A stretch of DNA of 64,000 nt from Bacillota bacterium. GTDB lineage: Bacteria; Bacillota; SHA-98; UBA4971. The stretch lies in contig DUSX01000020.1 of assembly GCA_012842395.1 (NCBI GenBank), positions 43,413 through 107,412 on the forward strand, read 5' to 3'. The notes below the pieces were generated by a model. It ran no database searches and had not been told where the DNA came from. It was given only the letters and a program-made list of their open reading frames with translations. Both the position numbers and the translations under genes were made by a program. Below are positions 24,969 through 35,160 of the stretch, piece after piece. The number at the start of each line of letters is the position of its first letter. Position 1 is the stretch's first letter.

Positions 24969-27883
24969 TACACAAACTCCACGTACGCAAGTTGTTCCAG
25001 ACTCAGGCTGGGCGCTAGTTGCCTTCGGCGCAACCACTCCTGTTGCCTGGCCTTCCGATCATCCTCCAGCTCTTCTTCCTTGGCTGCTCGGATATTCTCC
25101 ACGGCGATCCTCTCGATAGCAAGCTTGCGGTCTTGGTAGAACCTCTCAAACTTCGCCTCCTCATCCCTCAGCCTCTTCTCCAAACGTTCCTTTGCCTGGA
25201 AAAACAGGACGGCCGCCTCTTGCTGCGCTGCTCCGCGGGCTAGATGCCAGGCCTCCTCCAACAGATCATAGGGCACGTTTCCATCTGCAAGGTCGGTGCA
25301 GTTGAGCTGCTCACAATCCCGAAAATAGCGGGATACCCTACCGTTCACCCGCCCTATGCCCCCGGCAACGCTCACGTAACAAGGCACTAGATGATGTCCC
25401 GCAGGGTCTAGGCAGTTTGTGAGAGTCAACCGGTAGACAAACAAGAGCCCCTTTTCCCCGCTGAACTTGCTCTCGCGTACTACCAGCTTAGCTGTGGTAT
25501 CGTCCCGCAAGGCATCCTCCAGGTCAGATAACAGCCCCACCATGTAGGGGTGCTGAAGACTCAAGAGTTCGCTCCCCTCATTGTCCAGGGTGTGCTTCTG
25601 CTCGAAGATCACATTGTGCAGGCGCCTTCCGCTCCTGGGGTCCTGAAAGTAATAGACCCCTTCCCTCTCCTTGTAAGAGTGCAGGTTGACGCCGTAGACC
25701 TGAAGGTACTGCTCTACCAACCTTTGCGCCTGCCTTGCTCTCCTCTCCAGATTTCGCTGCGACGCCACAGCGTACTCCGCGGACAAGCTGGAGATAGGCA
25801 TGGCTAGTCGTTCTTCCTCAACGACTGCGCGGGCCCGCTCGAGAATCTGCCGGGACACCGCCTCCAGATCGGCTGTCTCGCGGCCTTGTTTGAGCAAGGC
25901 CTCAATGTAGACTCTCTCGAAATCGAACTCGTCCTGGAGGACGCCTATGATGTCGGCCAGCTTGTCTTCGCCAGCGCAGAACTCCCTGCGGATGATATCC
26001 AGCTTGTTTTCGATTACCTCCCGCACCCGGTTCTCCACCGTGTCCGCCAGTTGGAGGTTGATTACCTTCACATCGTGTTCTTGGCCTATGCGGTCAACGC
26101 GGCCGATACGTTGCTCCAAGCGCATGGGGTTCCAGGGCAGGTCGTAATTGATCAGGACATGGGAGAACTGCAGGTTTATGCCTTCCCCGCCGGCGTCGGT
26201 AGAAATGAGAACTTCCGCCTCACCGCGGAACCGTTCCACCTGCGCGACTCGCTCAGCAGTGGACATGCCGCCGTTGATGAACGCCGTACGGTAGCCCAGG
26301 CTAGCCAGGCGCTCTTGCAGATAGGCCTGCGTCTCGAGAAACTCGGTGAAGATGATGAACTTCAAGCGAGGATTGTTCTCCTGAATTCTGAGTTCATTGA
26401 CGATCTCCAGCAGCCTGGCAAACTTGACGTCATTGCGGCCAACCGTAGCCTGTTCCGCCAGGGCAAGGCATTTTCTCAGGGCTGCGATCTCAACCTCTAA
26501 GGCAACCGGGTCGATACCGCCCCAACGAATGGCACCAGCCCGCGTGAGTTCGGCCAACTGCTCCTCCGCCGTCAATTCTTGCATATCATCCCAGTCGAGT
26601 TCCTCCCAGTCGCTTCCAGGCTCCTGAGCGATCGCACGGTGGCGCAGCTCCTCCAAAGCCGCCAGGCGAGCGGACAGGGACTTCCGGATGGCTCTCGAGC
26701 TGCTGCTCACCATGCGTTGGTAAATGAGCAGCAAGAACATCATGGCGTGGTTGTTCTGCTGCCGGGCTAATTCGTAAAAGGTAGTCACATAGTCGGTCAC
26801 CGACCGGTAGAGGTCTAGCTCCACCTTGTCCGCCACCTCATCCCGGTGAATCAGGCACAGGGTGGCCACCCGCTGCTTGAAGAGGCGGTTTCCACGGAAG
26901 TCAATCACAGCCCGCTTGTTGTTCCGTACTGTCACCTTCTTGACGTCTTCAGCCGTGACCCTGCCGTCGCCGGAGAATGAGTAGGGATCTATCAGCCGCA
27001 GCAGGTTACGGAACTTGTGCTGGTCTCCCTGGTGCGGGGTGGCGCTGAGCAGAAGCACCACGGGCGCCGCCTCGGCCAGAGACCTGCCTATCTTGTATCG
27101 TGCTGTCTCTTCGCCAGCCATGTCCTTGGTCAACTTGTTGGCTTCGTCAAAGATGACCATGTCAAACCTGGCCGCTGCTGCGGCCGCAGAAACACGCTCG
27201 TTGTGCCACCGGCGGGCCCGGGCCGCACGCTCGTCCAGGTCGTCGGTGATCCTCTTGGGCTTGATGAAGTCCAGCGAGGTAATCACCCGGTCTGCCAGCG
27301 TCCATACGTTGGTCATCTCGCCGTGAAGCTGCTGCAGGGACCGGACGGTGGCACGATCGTAGATGACGAAATCCTCGCCGAACTTGACTTTCATTTCCTC
27401 TCGCCACTGCGGGCAAAGCCCCGACGGTACCACCACCAGTACCCTCTTAACCATGCCCCTGGCTTTCAGCTCCTCGTATACCAGGGCCGCCTCGATGGTC
27501 TTGCCTAGGCCCACCTCGTCGGCGATCAGGACGCGTGGCTTGAACTGGTCTAAGACGAAGCTCACCACCAGGAGTTGGTGGGGTAGGGGGATGATCTTGA
27601 AGCTCCCGGCGGCCACGAGGTCCTCCCCGGAGCTCTCGGCGCGGATCTGCTCCACAAGCCAGCGTAGCCTGAAGCGAGCAGCAGTGGAAAAACTGCCTGC
27701 TCTGATCTTCGCTAGCGGGTCTAGGACCAGACTGAGATCGCCTAGAGGCAGCGTGAGCCGCTCTCTGGTCCTTTCAAAGAAAACGTCCACGTAGACCTGG
27801 TCGAGAAACTCGTTGGTCCCCAGGACCACGCCCGTCCCCTTTTCTGGATAGGCGGCGCTGCGCACCTGCACCCCTGGCTGCAT
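24968..27883 (-). CDS. brxHII: SNF2-family helicase (BrxHII of type 3 BREX)
   Basis: LIADEVGLGKTIEA (motif I), VIFDEANKL (II), LLLSATPHQG (III), LISTDAGGEGINLQ (V), WNPMRLEQRIGRVDRIGQ (VI). Confidence 0.85.
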   Translation of the reverse strand: MQPGVQVRSAAYPEKGTGVVLGTNEFLDQVYVDVFFERTRERLTLPLGDLSLVLDPLAKIRAGSFSTAARFRLRWLVEQIRAESSGEDLVAAGSFKIIPLPHQLLVVSFVLDQFKPRVLIADEVGLGKTIEAALVYEELKARGMVKRVLVVVPSGLCPQWREEMKVKFGEDFVIYDRATVRSLQQLHGEMTNVWTLADRVITSLDFIKPKRITDDLDERAARARRWHNERVSAAAAAARFDMVIFDEANKLTKDMAGEETARYKIGRSLAEAAPVVLLLSATPHQGDQHKFRNLLRLIDPYSFSGDGRVTAEDVKKVTVRNNKRAVIDFRGNRLFKQRVATLCLIHRDEVADKVELDLYRSVTDYVTTFYELARQQNNHAMMFLLLIYQRMVSSSSRAIRKSLSARLAALEELRHRAIAQEPGSDWEELDWDDMQELTAEEQLAELTRAGAIRWGGIDPVALEVEIAALRKCLALAEQATVGRNDVKFARLLEIVNELRIQENNPRLKFIIFTEFLETQAYLQERLASLGYRTAFINGGMSTAERVAQVERFRGEAEVLISTDAGGEGINLQFSHVLINYDLPWNPMRLEQRIGRVDRIGQEHDVKVINLQLADTVENRVREVIENKLDIIRREFCAGEDKLADIIGVLQDEFDFERVYIEALLKQGRETADLEAVSRQILERARAVVEEERLAMPISSLSAEYAVASQRNLERRARQAQRLVEQYLQVYGVNLHSYKEREGVYYFQDPRSGRRLHNVIFEQKHTLDNEGSELLSLQHPYMVGLLSDLEDALRDDTTAKLVVRESKFSGEKGLLFVYRLTLTNCLDPAGHHLVPCYVSVAGGIGRVNGRVSRYFRDCEQLNCTDLADGNVPYDLLEEAWHLARGAAQQEAAVLFFQAKERLEKRLRDEEAKFERFYQDRKLAIERIAVENIRAAKEEELEDDRKARQQEWLRRRQLAPSLSLEQLAYVEFV

Positions 27884-27886
27884 CCG

Positions 27887-30454
27887 TTATTCCTCTCCCG
27901 TTTTTAGCCTGGCGATTTCCACAAAGTCGTTGATCTCTCCGTTTGTCTCCAAGAAGTCCTGGTCTAGCCGCCTGGCCACGGCCAGGATGTCGCCGTAGCG
28001 CTTCTCTCGATAAGCTCTCGTGAAACCGAGCATGAGCGCCTCCTTGCGCACCCCCTTCAGCCTCTTGACCCCGCTCCTGGCCTCGGCCAGGAGGCGGTCG
28101 AACGCCCTGTCCAGATCCCTTTCTCGCTGAGCCTCAACAGCTTCTCTTTCCTGTTCTGTCTGCGGGCGGCGGTAACGCCCGCCTTCCAGGATGAAGTTGC
28201 TATCCAGAAGCTCCCTCAGCTCCGGGATGGCGTCGTCGCTCTGCACCAGAGCCCGGCTGTACGCGGTGTAGATGTCGGTGTAGGTCTGGGGACTCTCCAG
28301 GAAGTTGTAGAGCCAAGTCAAGGCCGACCGCTCGTCGCTCACAAGGAGGATTAGCTGGCCAGACCGCACCTCCTTGATGCCATCCAGCCTCTGCCTTCTC
28401 TTCCATTCATCGTATTTCAAGACCTGTTCGTCGGTGAACCAGTAGCCGTCAATCAGCTTGAAGTTCTCTTTAAGCAGGGTATAGAACTGTCTCGCGTCCA
28501 GGCGGATCTCGTAACCCCGTTGCACGTAGTAGGCCAGAAGCTTGGAGTAAAGCATCTTCTCGGTGCGGCCGACGTTGGGGGCCACGGGGAGGTGCTCCAA
28601 GAGGTCGGTCACGAAGTCCCGCTCCAGGCCCGCCCCGGCCCGGCGCAGGAAGTTGTCTTCCATCCGTTTCTTCGGCTTGTAGGCGTTGATGATGAGGTCG
28701 TTCTTCACCGCGCCGGCGGAAGTGACCTGCTTGAAAGTGCCCTGCTTCCTGTCCATGACCGTCACCTGGGTAATAACAAAGCCAGCCTTGGTGATGGCCT
28801 CCTGGATAGCGTTCCACACCGCAGCCTTGGAGTTGTGGAAGACCACGGTCATCCAGCGGTTGGGCTTGAGGATGCGGTACATCTCCTTGAAGCAGGCAGT
28901 CATGAGCTCCTTGTACTCAGCCAGACCCTTACCCTGGGTTTCGTTGATGATGGCCTCGGGCTTGTTGTTGGTGAAAACCCTTAGCCACGCCTCCCAGAGG
29001 AAGTTGAGCTCGGAGTACATCAGGTTGCTGCCAAAAGGCGGGTCGGTGAAGATGTAGTCCACCGAGTTGTCACATGAAACCACGTTAGTAGTTGATTGAC
29101 ATCCAAGCACGATGAAACCTTCCTGTTTCTCAAGACTCATTGCAGGAAGAAGGTCTTCTACTTTACCACGTGCCAGTTCGAATATGTCCCTTTCAGCAAC
29201 GGAACTTGGGACGTACAAAGTATTTGGCACTTGTCCGGCAAGATTGAGACTACCATTCTTTAGCCCGATATTGTGGAGCTTGCTCCCAGTCTTGACAATA
29301 AACGATGTCATAAGAAACAGTAACCATCTGGAAGACAATCGCTCTCGGAACTTAGCTATTGTGCTGGACATAATCCACAGATTCCTCTTGGTGTAGAAAT
29401 GGTGCACGTGGGTAAGGCCGTGGGACCGCTTGGGCTGCTCGGTATTGTAGCCCTCCGGCATCCGGTCTGTCGGGAACCAGTACGGAATGGCGCTCTCCTC
29501 GATCCTGCGGATCAGGTCCAGGTCGAACTGGTCCGGCTTCTTTTCAAACCGCTTCTTCCCCACGGCATAGTTGATTAGCACTGGCACCTGCTTGGCCTGG
29601 GTGACTTGCTGGCCGATGGCCTGGTCGTAAAAGGTCACCCATGCCCGCTCGCATTCGCGTTTAGATACGCGTGCCCCGCAGGAGGGGCAGGGGTATTCCT
29701 CAAGCACTTTCCCCCGCACCTTATCCACCGCCGCGTCCCAAAAGACGTACTCGTTGCCGCAGTACGGGCAGATGAAGACGTCGGACCAGACGGTATAGTT
29801 GATCCGCCCCCTGGTGCGGCCGTCGGTGTGGAGGGTCTCATACATCCAGCCGCATTCCTTTTCCACTTCGGCAAGGATCCGTTTCGCCTCGCGCTCGAAC
29901 TCAGCCACGTCCACCGGGGTGTTGTAATTGTAGGCGATGAACGTAGCGGCCGGCGAGAGGTCACAGAGGATGGCTCGCCGGCCCAGAAGCTGCGCCGCCA
30001 CGCCGGTCATACCGCTGCCGCAGAAGCCGTCGAAGACGATATCGCCCGGCTCGGTGTAGTGCTCGATGTATTCCATTATGGCCTTGTGAGGCACTTTGGT
30101 ATGGTAGGAGTGGGCGTTGTAGACGGGGTCGTTCTTCCCCTCAGTCACGTCGGCCACAAAGGGCGGGCGTTGGTAAGTATCGGTGGCTTCATCGTAGGGT
30201 TTGCCGTACCGCTTGATGAACTCTCCCAGGTAGGGATTGGGACAGGCAGTGTAGTAGGGAGGGTCGGAGAGGGCAAGGATGTCCTCGTCTCGCCCAAGGG
30301 GAAAACCCTCCACTTGGCGTACTGTGTCTAGCAACTCGGAAAGGGGGCGGCAGGAGCGGGCGAAGTCATCCTCCAACTCTGGTTGTGGATCCCCCCCGTC
30401 AACTTCAAACAGCCTCTTCGTCACGCAATCCATCTCTTTGCCTCCGTTCTTCAC
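27887..30454 (-). CDS. pglXI: BREX type 3 DNA methyltransferase (N6/N4 MTase family, PglXI)
   Basis: LSDPPYYTACPNPY, IVFDGFCGSGMTGVAA (AdoMet motif I), zinc ribbon CPYCGNEY...CPSCGARV, and IFTDPPFGSNLMY (motif IV). Confidence 0.85.
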   Translation of the reverse strand: MKNGGKEMDCVTKRLFEVDGGDPQPELEDDFARSCRPLSELLDTVRQVEGFPLGRDEDILALSDPPYYTACPNPYLGEFIKRYGKPYDEATDTYQRPPFVADVTEGKNDPVYNAHSYHTKVPHKAIMEYIEHYTEPGDIVFDGFCGSGMTGVAAQLLGRRAILCDLSPAATFIAYNYNTPVDVAEFEREAKRILAEVEKECGWMYETLHTDGRTRGRINYTVWSDVFICPYCGNEYVFWDAAVDKVRGKVLEEYPCPSCGARVSKRECERAWVTFYDQAIGQQVTQAKQVPVLINYAVGKKRFEKKPDQFDLDLIRRIEESAIPYWFPTDRMPEGYNTEQPKRSHGLTHVHHFYTKRNLWIMSSTIAKFRERLSSRWLLFLMTSFIVKTGSKLHNIGLKNGSLNLAGQVPNTLYVPSSVAERDIFELARGKVEDLLPAMSLEKQEGFIVLGCQSTTNVVSCDNSVDYIFTDPPFGSNLMYSELNFLWEAWLRVFTNNKPEAIINETQGKGLAEYKELMTACFKEMYRILKPNRWMTVVFHNSKAAVWNAIQEAITKAGFVITQVTVMDRKQGTFKQVTSAGAVKNDLIINAYKPKKRMEDNFLRRAGAGLERDFVTDLLEHLPVAPNVGRTEKMLYSKLLAYYVQRGYEIRLDARQFYTLLKENFKLIDGYWFTDEQVLKYDEWKRRQRLDGIKEVRSGQLILLVSDERSALTWLYNFLESPQTYTDIYTAYSRALVQSDDAIPELRELLDSNFILEGGRYRRPQTEQEREAVEAQRERDLDRAFDRLLAEARSGVKRLKGVRKEALMLGFTRAYREKRYGDILAVARRLDQDFLETNGEINDFVEIARLKTGEE

Positions 30455-30457
30455 CTG

Positions 30458-33400
30458 TTACACGTCTTCGCCGGATAGCTTGATGCGCACCTTGTCCAGG
30501 TCATGGCCGGCCACCAGCTTCTGCTTCCACTCATTCAGCTTTCGCTCAAAGGTGAAATAGTCCATGACCCGGGCGCCGGCGAACACCGCTTCCAGAAGCC
30601 CCTTCGCGTCGACCTCTACCGAGACTACCTCCTTGAAAAGGTTGTTAAGGGCCACCACCAGATCCTCGGTGACCACCGCCGGCAGCTTCCCGCTCTCCAT
30701 TACCTTCAGAATCAATTCCTTCTCGCCCGCCTGCAGGTAGTCCAGGTTATCCCGGTAGTTGCTCATCTCGGCAAGGATGGTTTCCCCCCACTCACGGCTC
30801 ATACTCTCCACTTTGTCCTCCAGGACAGCGATCCGCTGGGCAATGCTCCTCCCGATGAAGCCCTTGGGGAAGTTGCAGCGCGGGCACAAAGGGGTCTTCT
30901 CGATGAGTTCGACCCTAAACCCATCGCAGCGCTGGTTGGCGAGCACTGAGATTTCGTTTTCCACCATGTTGAGAGGGTACTTGTTCAAGACGGCGACGTT
31001 CTTTAGCAGGAGAAGGTTCTGCCAGGTCTGGCTGGCGGTCAGCTCACTAAGCCTGTTCCAGCCTGCCTTCCCGCCCACATACCTTTCGTGTGCCGCGAAG
31101 TAAGCGGCTACGTACTTTCGACGGACCTGCTCCAGCTTGCCCAAGAGCGACAGCAGCTCGGACCGGTTCAAGAGGCGGCTCGCGTCCGCTAGGATGGCAA
31201 AGGCTCCTTGGAGGAATTCCTGTAGGTCGTCAGCAGGGAATAGGCTCGGGTAGTCCTCAACGACCTTCTTAACCTGCCGGGCATATGTCACTTCCTTCTC
31301 TAGCTGTTCCGTGTACGTCTTGTAGAAGTGGCTCAGGTCCTGGAGGGTCTTGTAGGCTTCACCGATTCTGCGGATCGTTGCATCATCGTATACAATCTTC
31401 TTGAAATCGCTGGGTGTCTTTACCTGCTCGAAGTTGGCCAGAGGGATGTCCGCCAAGACCTGGTGGTACCGCCTCAAACCATCAACGTCAACGAACCCGG
31501 CGGCATCCAGGGCCAAGGCCTCGAGCCTTCTCTGGACAACGTCCACTTGTTCCCTGATCTCCAGGTAACGGGTGCGAAAGTCGCGCACTGCCTCGCCCCG
31601 CCTGGCGGTCACACGCATTTTGGCAGCGCTGGCGTGATCCATGCCGAGGACGAGCATGAGGTCGATCACCGGCTGGGGGTTGAAGTCACTTTCTATGGCC
31701 AGGTACTTAACGCTCTCGAAGGCTTCCAGACCTGTCCCAAAGGTTTCGTGCACCTCGGATGAGGTAATCATCTTGCCGCCGGCGGCCTTGAGGACGATCT
31801 CACCATTGTAGGTCAATATCAACATCACGAAGGCGGTCATGTACCGGTCGTAGCCGTACGGAGGCCCCGCGAACCGGTTGAGGATTTCCTCAACCGACAC
31901 GACCTTTCCCGCATTGGCCCTTGCCGTCTCGAGGATTTCGGACGCCACCTCCGAAGAGCTGGTGGATAGGTTACCCTGGGCGTCAAGCAGGTCAAGAGCG
32001 CTCAATATAGACTTGGTGCCAGAGAAAATCGATTGGACGTTGCCCCTGCTAAGCAGCTCCTTGATGGCGGCGCCGAACTCACCGGCGATGTTCTCACGCG
32101 TAATGCGCTGGCCAAACTTGGGGTGCTTAGGGTACTTCCGACTGAAATAGTCCTCAAAGAACTGTGGCTTCACCTCGGTAAACAGCTCGTCGAAGTTGCT
32201 AAACTCCTTGGCTATCAATGCCTTGATGCCCTTCTGGTTCTTGCCAATATCCACCCGGCCGGTCTCCAACCAGGCACGTACGAACATCTCGACAAAACCT
32301 TTCTTCAACGTGGCGTACTTCTTCTCCATGATACTGCGCTGGTAGTTGTCTTTGGCCAAGAGGTGGGCAGCAGTGGTCAGCCTCAGGAGCTCCACGGCCT
32401 CAGGCGACAGGGAACCGCTAATCACCGCGCAGTCCTCCGCTGGGGCATAACGGTTCCCGGCGCAAAAAGGAGAAACAAAGACGATTCTGTAGTCGCCGTC
32501 GGCCTCAACGAGGTCGCCCTTGCCGGTCTCGTAGACAAACACGCCTTCTCGGAAGGAGCGACGGCTGGACCATTCACAACTGTCGCGAAAAGCGTAACGC
32601 GCCGCGCCCTCCTCAAGGAGAAGCTGCTCCTTCAGGATGGACACGATCTCCTCGTCAAGGCTGTCTTCCGGCAGGTTTTCGGCGCGGCGCCGGATCACCT
32701 GGTCGTAATCCACTGCCAAGTCGAGGTCCAGAAAGTAATAGCCATCCCGAGTCACGTTGATGAACTGCCCGTCAGTAACCTTGCGGAAGTTGCTCAGCAC
32801 CAGGGAGATCTCATCCGCGGCCTCCATCAGTCTGTTGCCAGGCAAGATGAGGAGGGTATTCGCAAGTTCCTCGGCGGTGGCCCCGTTGCTGACGCTTTTG
32901 CCATACAGCCTTAGTACAGCCAGCGCTTTGACGATTTTCCGGGCAGTGTCCTGGTGGCGGCGGTCCAGGAGATCCACTTTGCTCTCCAGGGTCTGAATGG
33001 CGTTGACCACTGGAGATACAGTCTCCAGGTTCTTCACAGTGTGCTTGGAGGCGATTTCGTCGTAGATCCGGTCGTAGGTGATCAAGAAGGGGAAGTCGCG
33101 GTCTAGTATCTGTTCTACTTCCTGGATGGTGAACTGGATCACGCCTCGTTTCTCGAAATAGGGTAGTTCGCTAAACACCTGGATTACATAAGGGTGGAGC
33201 GGGAAAAGACCAATATACTCATCCAGGCTGGCCTGTAGATGAGGGAAGTAGTGCACGTACTCCTTGAAGAGCTCTTCTAGCCACAAACGCTGTTCAGGTG
33301 TCTTGCTGAGGACCCGCTTCGCGATCACCTGCTTGATGTCTTCTCGTTTGATGGTGATGACCTGGAAGCGCTCGGCCACCCGGCCGAAGCTTTCAGCTTC

Positions 33401-34072
33401 GTCCACATACTTGGGGTTGGTGAAGATGTGCTCCTGCATGGCCCCGATAAACATGAAGTCGCTATTCTGCGCCACCTGGCCCAGCACGCGCAGGAATTGG
33501 ACGTCTTGATTGAGCTTCTCCTTGGACTTCTGCTTCAGGAAGTCGGAAATCTCGTCTATCACCACGACCAAGCCCCGGGTGGGATGGCCCTCCTTCACCC
33601 TTTCCAGCACCTGAAGGATTGTCTTCTTATGGTCGATCACGCCCGTGGTGGGCAAATTCACACAGAGGCCGTATTTCTCTTTCAACTGGATTTCCAGTTG
33701 ATCATAGAAATACTCGCTCAAACTCACGTCATTCGGTTGCAGCTCCCAGTTCACTACCGCAAAATCCCGCCCTAGGGCTTCAACGGCCGCCCTGACGTGC
33801 TCGTTTTGCACATACTTGGCCAGACCAGGCTCGGTCAGCAGGGAGATAATGAAGGCCAAGAGGTGCGACTTGCCGGAACCGTAGCCACCAATGATCTGGG
33901 CAGCCTTGTGCGTGCTGGAGTTCAGGTCTCGGAAAAGGTGAACCAGGGATTCCTCCAGGGATGGGGAAATGACATAGTTCTCGACCATCGCTCTCTTGTC
34001 GACAATGGAATCTATGTCAACTACTTCCCTAATCCTTTCGAAGTTGAGAAGCTCGCCTACCTTAGCCATCAA
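30458..34072 (-). CDS. brxC: BREX ATPase BrxC/PglY (1204 aa)
   Basis: Walker A is IIGGYGSGKSHLL and Walker B is LVVVIDEISDFL. Size and position are typical of BrxC. Confidence 0.8.
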   Translation of the reverse strand: MMAKVGELLNFERIREVVDIDSIVDKRAMVENYVISPSLEESLVHLFRDLNSSTHKAAQIIGGYGSGKSHLLAFIISLLTEPGLAKYVQNEHVRAAVEALGRDFAVVNWELQPNDVSLSEYFYDQLEIQLKEKYGLCVNLPTTGVIDHKKTILQVLERVKEGHPTRGLVVVIDEISDFLKQKSKEKLNQDVQFLRVLGQVAQNSDFMFIGAMQEHIFTNPKYVDEAESFGRVAERFQVITIKREDIKQVIAKRVLSKTPEQRLWLEELFKEYVHYFPHLQASLDEYIGLFPLHPYVIQVFSELPYFEKRGVIQFTIQEVEQILDRDFPFLITYDRIYDEIASKHTVKNLETVSPVVNAIQTLESKVDLLDRRHQDTARKIVKALAVLRLYGKSVSNGATAEELANTLLILPGNRLMEAADEISLVLSNFRKVTDGQFINVTRDGYYFLDLDLAVDYDQVIRRRAENLPEDSLDEEIVSILKEQLLLEEGAARYAFRDSCEWSSRRSFREGVFVYETGKGDLVEADGDYRIVFVSPFCAGNRYAPAEDCAVISGSLSPEAVELLRLTTAAHLLAKDNYQRSIMEKKYATLKKGFVEMFVRAWLETGRVDIGKNQKGIKALIAKEFSNFDELFTEVKPQFFEDYFSRKYPKHPKFGQRITRENIAGEFGAAIKELLSRGNVQSIFSGTKSILSALDLLDAQGNLSTSSSEVASEILETARANAGKVVSVEEILNRFAGPPYGYDRYMTAFVMLILTYNGEIVLKAAGGKMITSSEVHETFGTGLEAFESVKYLAIESDFNPQPVIDLMLVLGMDHASAAKMRVTARRGEAVRDFRTRYLEIREQVDVVQRRLEALALDAAGFVDVDGLRRYHQVLADIPLANFEQVKTPSDFKKIVYDDATIRRIGEAYKTLQDLSHFYKTYTEQLEKEVTYARQVKKVVEDYPSLFPADDLQEFLQGAFAILADASRLLNRSELLSLLGKLEQVRRKYVAAYFAAHERYVGGKAGWNRLSELTASQTWQNLLLLKNVAVLNKYPLNMVENEISVLANQRCDGFRVELIEKTPLCPRCNFPKGFIGRSIAQRIAVLEDKVESMSREWGETILAEMSNYRDNLDYLQAGEKELILKVMESGKLPAVVTEDLVVALNNLFKEVVSVEVDAKGLLEAVFAGARVMDYFTFERKLNEWKQKLVAGHDLDKVRIKLSGEDV

Positions 34073-34517
34073 TATCCTCCATTCTGGCGTGGATTACCTC
34101 GCTCACATCCATCTCCGCGTAGTCGGGCCGGCCGTACTGGGAATACTGGATCCGGTTGCAGGCCAGACGACCTTCCAGGAGCACGACAACTTCCTTTTCC
34201 CGGGACTTGTATTTGAACGCACCCACCGGGTTGAGTCTGCCCAATTCCGGAGAGTACAAAATGCTAGTATTGTAGAGAACAAGCCTGTCCGGCAGGGAAT
34301 GGAACCATTCTTTCAGCTTGCCGCCAATCCGCACTCTCACCTTCTCCCCGGGGATTCCTTCAATAAGCTTGAGCACGGCATCGGTCACATCAACCGCGGT
34401 CCAGCCCTCTGCTTGCAGGGGACCAATGATCTTCTCCGGCTGGTGTCCATTGTCCACTATTACCAGCATTTTGTAGTAATTGGTCTCCATTTGCTTGATT
34501 AGGTCGTGCAGTCTCAT
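34062..34517 (-). CDS. brxF: Small first gene of the BREX-3 operon (BrxF position)
   Basis: 151 aa, overlaps the brxC start by 11 nt, with GGAGG before the ATG. Assigned by size and position. I did not see a canonical Walker A in the sequence. Confidence 0.55.
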   Translation of the reverse strand: MRLHDLIKQMETNYYKMLVIVDNGHQPEKIIGPLQAEGWTAVDVTDAVLKLIEGIPGEKVRVRIGGKLKEWFHSLPDRLVLYNTSILYSPELGRLNPVGAFKYKSREKEVVVLLEGRLACNRIQYSQYGRPDYAEMDVSEVIHARMEDIDG

Positions 34518-35148
34518 AAGGCCCTCCGTCCCAGAGAGAATCGAATCCTCAAGTCGCCGTCACCATGCACTGTCGAGGCCTCAGGGTACCATTGACTCTA
34601 CCTGGCATGGCCCGTACGGTACTCCCGTGCAAGTCCCATTACCCGCAGTTGAGGGCTAGACCGATGATTCCGATGATGTTAGTGCCTGTGCGTAGTCAGG
34701 TACAGTTCCGCATCGAGGCGGTTCTCCACTAGCGAACCAGTGCCGCGGCCTGCGCGAGGAGCAGAGCAGTTGACGAACGATGCATTTGCAGAGCCATCGC
34801 AGGTTGCTGCGCGCACTGCCTCTGTGCCATTCGGAACTTGAGCGTTTCGAGCATTCCGACAGGTTGCTCTGACTCGTCCCCCAGATGGGTTCCCTCATTC
34901 TTCCTACATAGAGAGTGCTACCCCAAAATTCGGTATTCTTTATGGATATGCAGAATCCTCCTCATTCCGCTGTTGCTGCGCTTACTCGCCAGGCAACGGA
35001 GGCGTCTGCTCGTGTGTCGACACTTTAGGGACGTGGAGAGGATGATCTCCTCTGCTGTGCGGTGCAAAGTGTATCTCTGAGAGCATAGTTGCCCTGCTTG
35101 GCGCGCTGCCGGGGAAGTGGTTCTCTATGGCACGTTACGATGCAACGT

Positions 35149-35160
35149 GCTTTGGCACCA
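35149..35160 (+). repeat. 12-mer resembling the 3' end of tRNA-Leu (possible degenerate att direct repeat)
   Basis: GCTTTGGCACCA compared with tRNA 12151-12162 GCTTCGGCACCA (11/12). Same strand, in the gene-free spacer between BREX and thiL. Confidence 0.25.

Noticed and set aside
34656-35080. Two overlapping 80-aa ORFs (one on each strand) in the BREX-thiL spacer
   Set aside because: No RBS and implausible Cys/Arg/Ser-rich composition, and they are mutually antisense. Treated as non-coding.
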